Origin: Clostridia bacterium
Lineage (GTDB): Bacteria > Bacillota > Clostridia > CAKSNL01 > HGM11501
Assembly: GCA_045545475.1 (NCBI GenBank)
Contig: JAZQAZ010000015.1
Location: 53,096 to 117,095 of the forward strand
DNA: 64,000 bases
Direction: 5' to 3'
Below are positions 61,524 to 64,000 of the stretch, in pieces. The notes under the pieces were generated by a model that ran no database searches, had not been told where the DNA came from, and saw nothing but the letters and a program-made list of their open reading frames with translations. Within the stretch, counting starts at the first letter, position 1, and each line of letters begins with the position of its first letter. The translations under genes and the position numbers were made by a program.

Positions 61524-62996
61524 TCAGTACTCTCCGTGATAAATTGGTGCCAAAGCATCGTGTACCGCCTTATATTTTTTATACTGCTTAGCATAAATTT
61601 TGTAATTTTCCATATTCGGTTCTGTCTTAAGTACAGTTTCGTTGCAGGCACTTACTGCCCCCTTGGCATCAGTCCACAAGCCTGCCGCCACACCTGCAAG
61701 CATTGCACTTCCGAAGGATGAGTCGCTGTATTTTTTCTTGACTAAGGTTATGCCCAGCATATCCGATGTAATCTGCCTCCACAAGGGGCTCTTTCCGCCA
61801 CCGCCTATTATAACGGCTTCGCTATCGTGCTCCATGCCGATTTTTGAAAGTGCATTCATACAGTCAAGAATAGACATTGAAACGCCCTCCAAAACCGCAC
61901 GGGTAAAGTGCGCCTTGGTGTGGCCTGCACGAACGCCCACGAAGCTTCCGCAAAGCGAAGGATCTGCATAAGGAGTAAGCTCTCCGTTTAAGTAGGGATG
62001 GAACATCAACCCTTCCGCTCCGGGAGCGATTTTTTCCGCCCCCGCATCAAGTACTTGATAGTCTTCAGAGAAGGTATCTCTATACCAACGATAGGATGCG
62101 GCACAGGATTTTGTCGCCGTTCCGGGATACCAGAGGCCATCTATAACGTGGGAGTAGTTAATTAAGTTCTTATCGGGGTAGGGCTTATCAGTAACAACAC
62201 AGATTCTTCCTGCCGTTGCAAGCTTTATGGTCATCTGTCCCTTTGCTACGGCACCGGATGCAAATACCTCCATAACCGTATCGGTGGTACCGCAAAGAAC
62301 CGGTGTTCCTTCAGAAAGTCCTGTATCTTCTGCCGCCTTTTTCGTAATTTTACCAACGATATCGGAAGGATTACAGAGCGTAGGAAGCATAGACTTATCA
62401 ATTGAAAGCTCAGAAAGAAGTTCTTCGGAATAGTCCATTTTACCATAGTCAAAGAACATACTTCCTTCTGCTTCAATAACGTCTGTCACATAGTCACCCG
62501 TAAGCTGATGGCGGACATAGTCCTTGGCAAAAACGATTTTCTTTGTTTTTTTCCATATATCAGGTTCGTTGTTCTTTATCCATAAAAGCTGAGGAAGCGT
62601 CCAGATGGTATCCACCTTATGAAGTGCCTTTTCTAAAATAAAGTCTCCCATCTTTTCTTTGAGATAGTTAACTTCCCCGATGCTTCTTGTATCCGTCCAG
62701 TAAATCGAGGGGCGAAGCACGTTGAAATCCTCATCCATAATAACCGCTGTGTGAGTTGCGGCATCCAAGGATACTGCTTCAATATCCGAAGGATTTACGT
62801 TGCTTTTTTCGAGCACCGCTTTTATATTTGCCTTTGTAGCCTTATACCAGTCGTCCGGATTCTGCTCCGTCCATCCGTTTTTCGGATAAAGAGTGGGATA
62901 TTCATAGGTCGCTTCGGCGTAAATTTTGCCGTCTGCCCCAAGCAAGGTTGCCTTGGAAGCACCGCCACCGAAGTCTATACCGAGTACATATTTCAT
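61524..62996 (-). CDS. FGGY family sugar kinase (xylulokinase-like)
   Basis: LGIDFGGG, EQNPDDW, IYWTDTR, FHPYLNGE, RAVLEGV, GGGGKSPLW. Confidence 0.85.
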   Translation of the reverse strand: MKYVLGIDFGGGASKATLLGADGKIYAEATYEYPTLYPKNGWTEQNPDDWYKATKANIKAVLEKSNVNPSDIEAVSLDAATHTAVIMDEDFNVLRPSIYWTDTRSIGEVNYLKEKMGDFILEKALHKVDTIWTLPQLLWIKNNEPDIWKKTKKIVFAKDYVRHQLTGDYVTDVIEAEGSMFFDYGKMDYSEELLSELSIDKSMLPTLCNPSDIVGKITKKAAEDTGLSEGTPVLCGTTDTVMEVFASGAVAKGQMTIKLATAGRICVVTDKPYPDKNLINYSHVIDGLWYPGTATKSCAASYRWYRDTFSEDYQVLDAGAEKIAPGAEGLMFHPYLNGELTPYADPSLCGSFVGVRAGHTKAHFTRAVLEGVSMSILDCMNALSKIGMEHDSEAVIIGGGGKSPLWRQITSDMLGITLVKKKYSDSSFGSAMLAGVAAGLWTDAKGAVSACNETVLKTEPNMENYKIYAKQYKKYKAVHDALAPIYHGEY

Positions 62997-63028
62997 AAAA
63001 TCACCTGTTTTTCCTAAAATTCAAGTAA

Positions 63029-63050
63029 GGGGTTGTATTTCTACAACCCC
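63029..63050. terminator. Intergenic hairpin (stabiliser or weak terminator)
   Basis: ggggttgta-tttc-tacaacccc. Confidence 0.45.
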
Positions 63051-63056
63051 TGAAAA

Positions 63057-63920
63057 TCAGTTTTCAACTGTAATTATGTGTGTTGCCTCGAAGTTCTTTC
63101 CTACATCTAAACTTACGATGCCTTCTTTTCTTACGATGTTAAGGTCGGAATCCACGGGATCCTGTACGCCGCACCAGGGTTCAATGCAGATGTATTCTGC
63201 ACCCGGCTTTGTCCAGAGTACGAAAAAGTCATGACCGGGGAATTCAACGCTTAAGGCGTAGTCGCTTAAGTTGTGCTTAAGAGTAACCTTTCTTGAATTG
63301 ATGTTTTTGAAAACAATGGCATCAACCTTGAAAAAGTCATACTTAAGGGGAAGAACCTTAGAAGATTCCATAACTCTTATGGTGTTATGCTCAAGCAGGT
63401 TTCCGTCTAAAATGTAGCTGTCAAGTGTTTCTTCCTTGTCAAAAACTATGCTGTAATCTTCTATTCCGCCCTTTGTTGCATAGCCCTCGTGAGCACCAAC
63501 GGAAAAGTACATAGTCTTATCATCCTTGTTAACAACTTCATAGGTAACCTTTAAGCTATTTCCTGTAAGTGCATACTTTACAAGAAAATCATAGGAGAAG
63601 GGATAGTTTGCATCAAAATCAGGATTTCCTGAAATTTTAAACACCGCTTCTTTTTCGGATGCTTCTGCCACTTCAAACTCAGAAAGCTTTGCAAAGCCGT
63701 GCTTGGGAAGGGTATATTCCTTTCCGCCGTAGGTGTACTTGTCGTAGCGAAGTCCGCCGCAGATTGGGAAAAGAATGGGAGCCTTGCACGCCCAAACGGA
63801 AGGATCTCCTGACCAGAGATAGTTAACACCGTTTTTCTCAATTTTCTGAATTTCCGCACCCTTTGTTGATATATCAACGGTAAGGAACTCGTTTTTAAGT
63901 GTAATTATTTTGTCAGCCAT
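63057..63920 (-). CDS. Aldose 1-epimerase family protein (LacX-like)
   Basis: KGAEI, YLWSGD, APILFPICG, KHGFA, FSVGAH, YICIEPW. Confidence 0.88.
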   Translation of the reverse strand: MADKIITLKNEFLTVDISTKGAEIQKIEKNGVNYLWSGDPSVWACKAPILFPICGGLRYDKYTYGGKEYTLPKHGFAKLSEFEVAEASEKEAVFKISGNPDFDANYPFSYDFLVKYALTGNSLKVTYEVVNKDDKTMYFSVGAHEGYATKGGIEDYSIVFDKEETLDSYILDGNLLEHNTIRVMESSKVLPLKYDFFKVDAIVFKNINSRKVTLKHNLSDYALSVEFPGHDFFVLWTKPGAEYICIEPWCGVQDPVDSDLNIVRKEGIVSLDVGKNFEATHIITVEN

Positions 63921-64000
63921 AAGTGATCCTCGTCTGTGGTCATGTAGAAGCCTCTGTCAGCTCCTGCCATAATCCAAAGATAATAGTTATCATATCCGGG
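63905..64000 (-). CDS. iolB: 3' end of IolB-like 5-deoxy-glucuronate isomerase (partial)
   Basis: Manual translation PGYDNYYLWIMAGADRGFYMTTDEDHLWLTK* matches the IolB/KduI C-terminal PGY..YYL..MAG pattern; overlaps the epimerase start. Confidence 0.65.
   Translation of the reverse strand, partial: PGYDNYYLWIMAGADRGFYMTTDEDHLWLTK

Noticed and set aside
2597-63877. Many 60-160-aa ORFs antisense to, or nested in, long genes
   Set aside because: Fully overlap well-supported CDSs and show no recognisable motifs

Overview
64-kb window from an anaerobic Clostridia-like (Bacillota) chromosome, judged from its sigmaA promoters, ctsR-mcsA-mcsB-clpC operon and clostridial-type 6S RNA. The left ~40 kb is an accessory catabolic region built from operons with divergent AraC regulators. 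It holds three paralogous secreted CBM6-like/GH99-like/stalk-domain proteins. Two of these are each followed by a secreted protein with four F5/8-type-C (CBM32-like) domains and a stalk domain; the third runs off the left edge. The region also has tandem creatininase-family amidohydrolases, GH20, CE15, a B3-type metallo-beta-lactamase fold protein, an uncharacterised glycyl radical enzyme operon with an M20 hydrolase, a long ADP-ribosylglycohydrolase, a GH28-like enzyme, an SDR-AroD-like-SDR operon, and an oadB/oadG-like pair behind a probable Na+ riboswitch. The right part has the CtsR heat-shock operon, a lipoprotein gene behind a long structured leader, and a 12-gene mdh-hdrBCA-flxDCBA-frdBA-exporter-fumAB operon (soluble, probably electron-bifurcating succinate production). 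It ends with 6S RNA, a fused EtfB-EtfA, and the end of a sugar/inositol-type operon. No CRISPR, rRNA, tRNA, transposase or integrase was seen. All family calls come from motif recognition by eye; no database searches were run.
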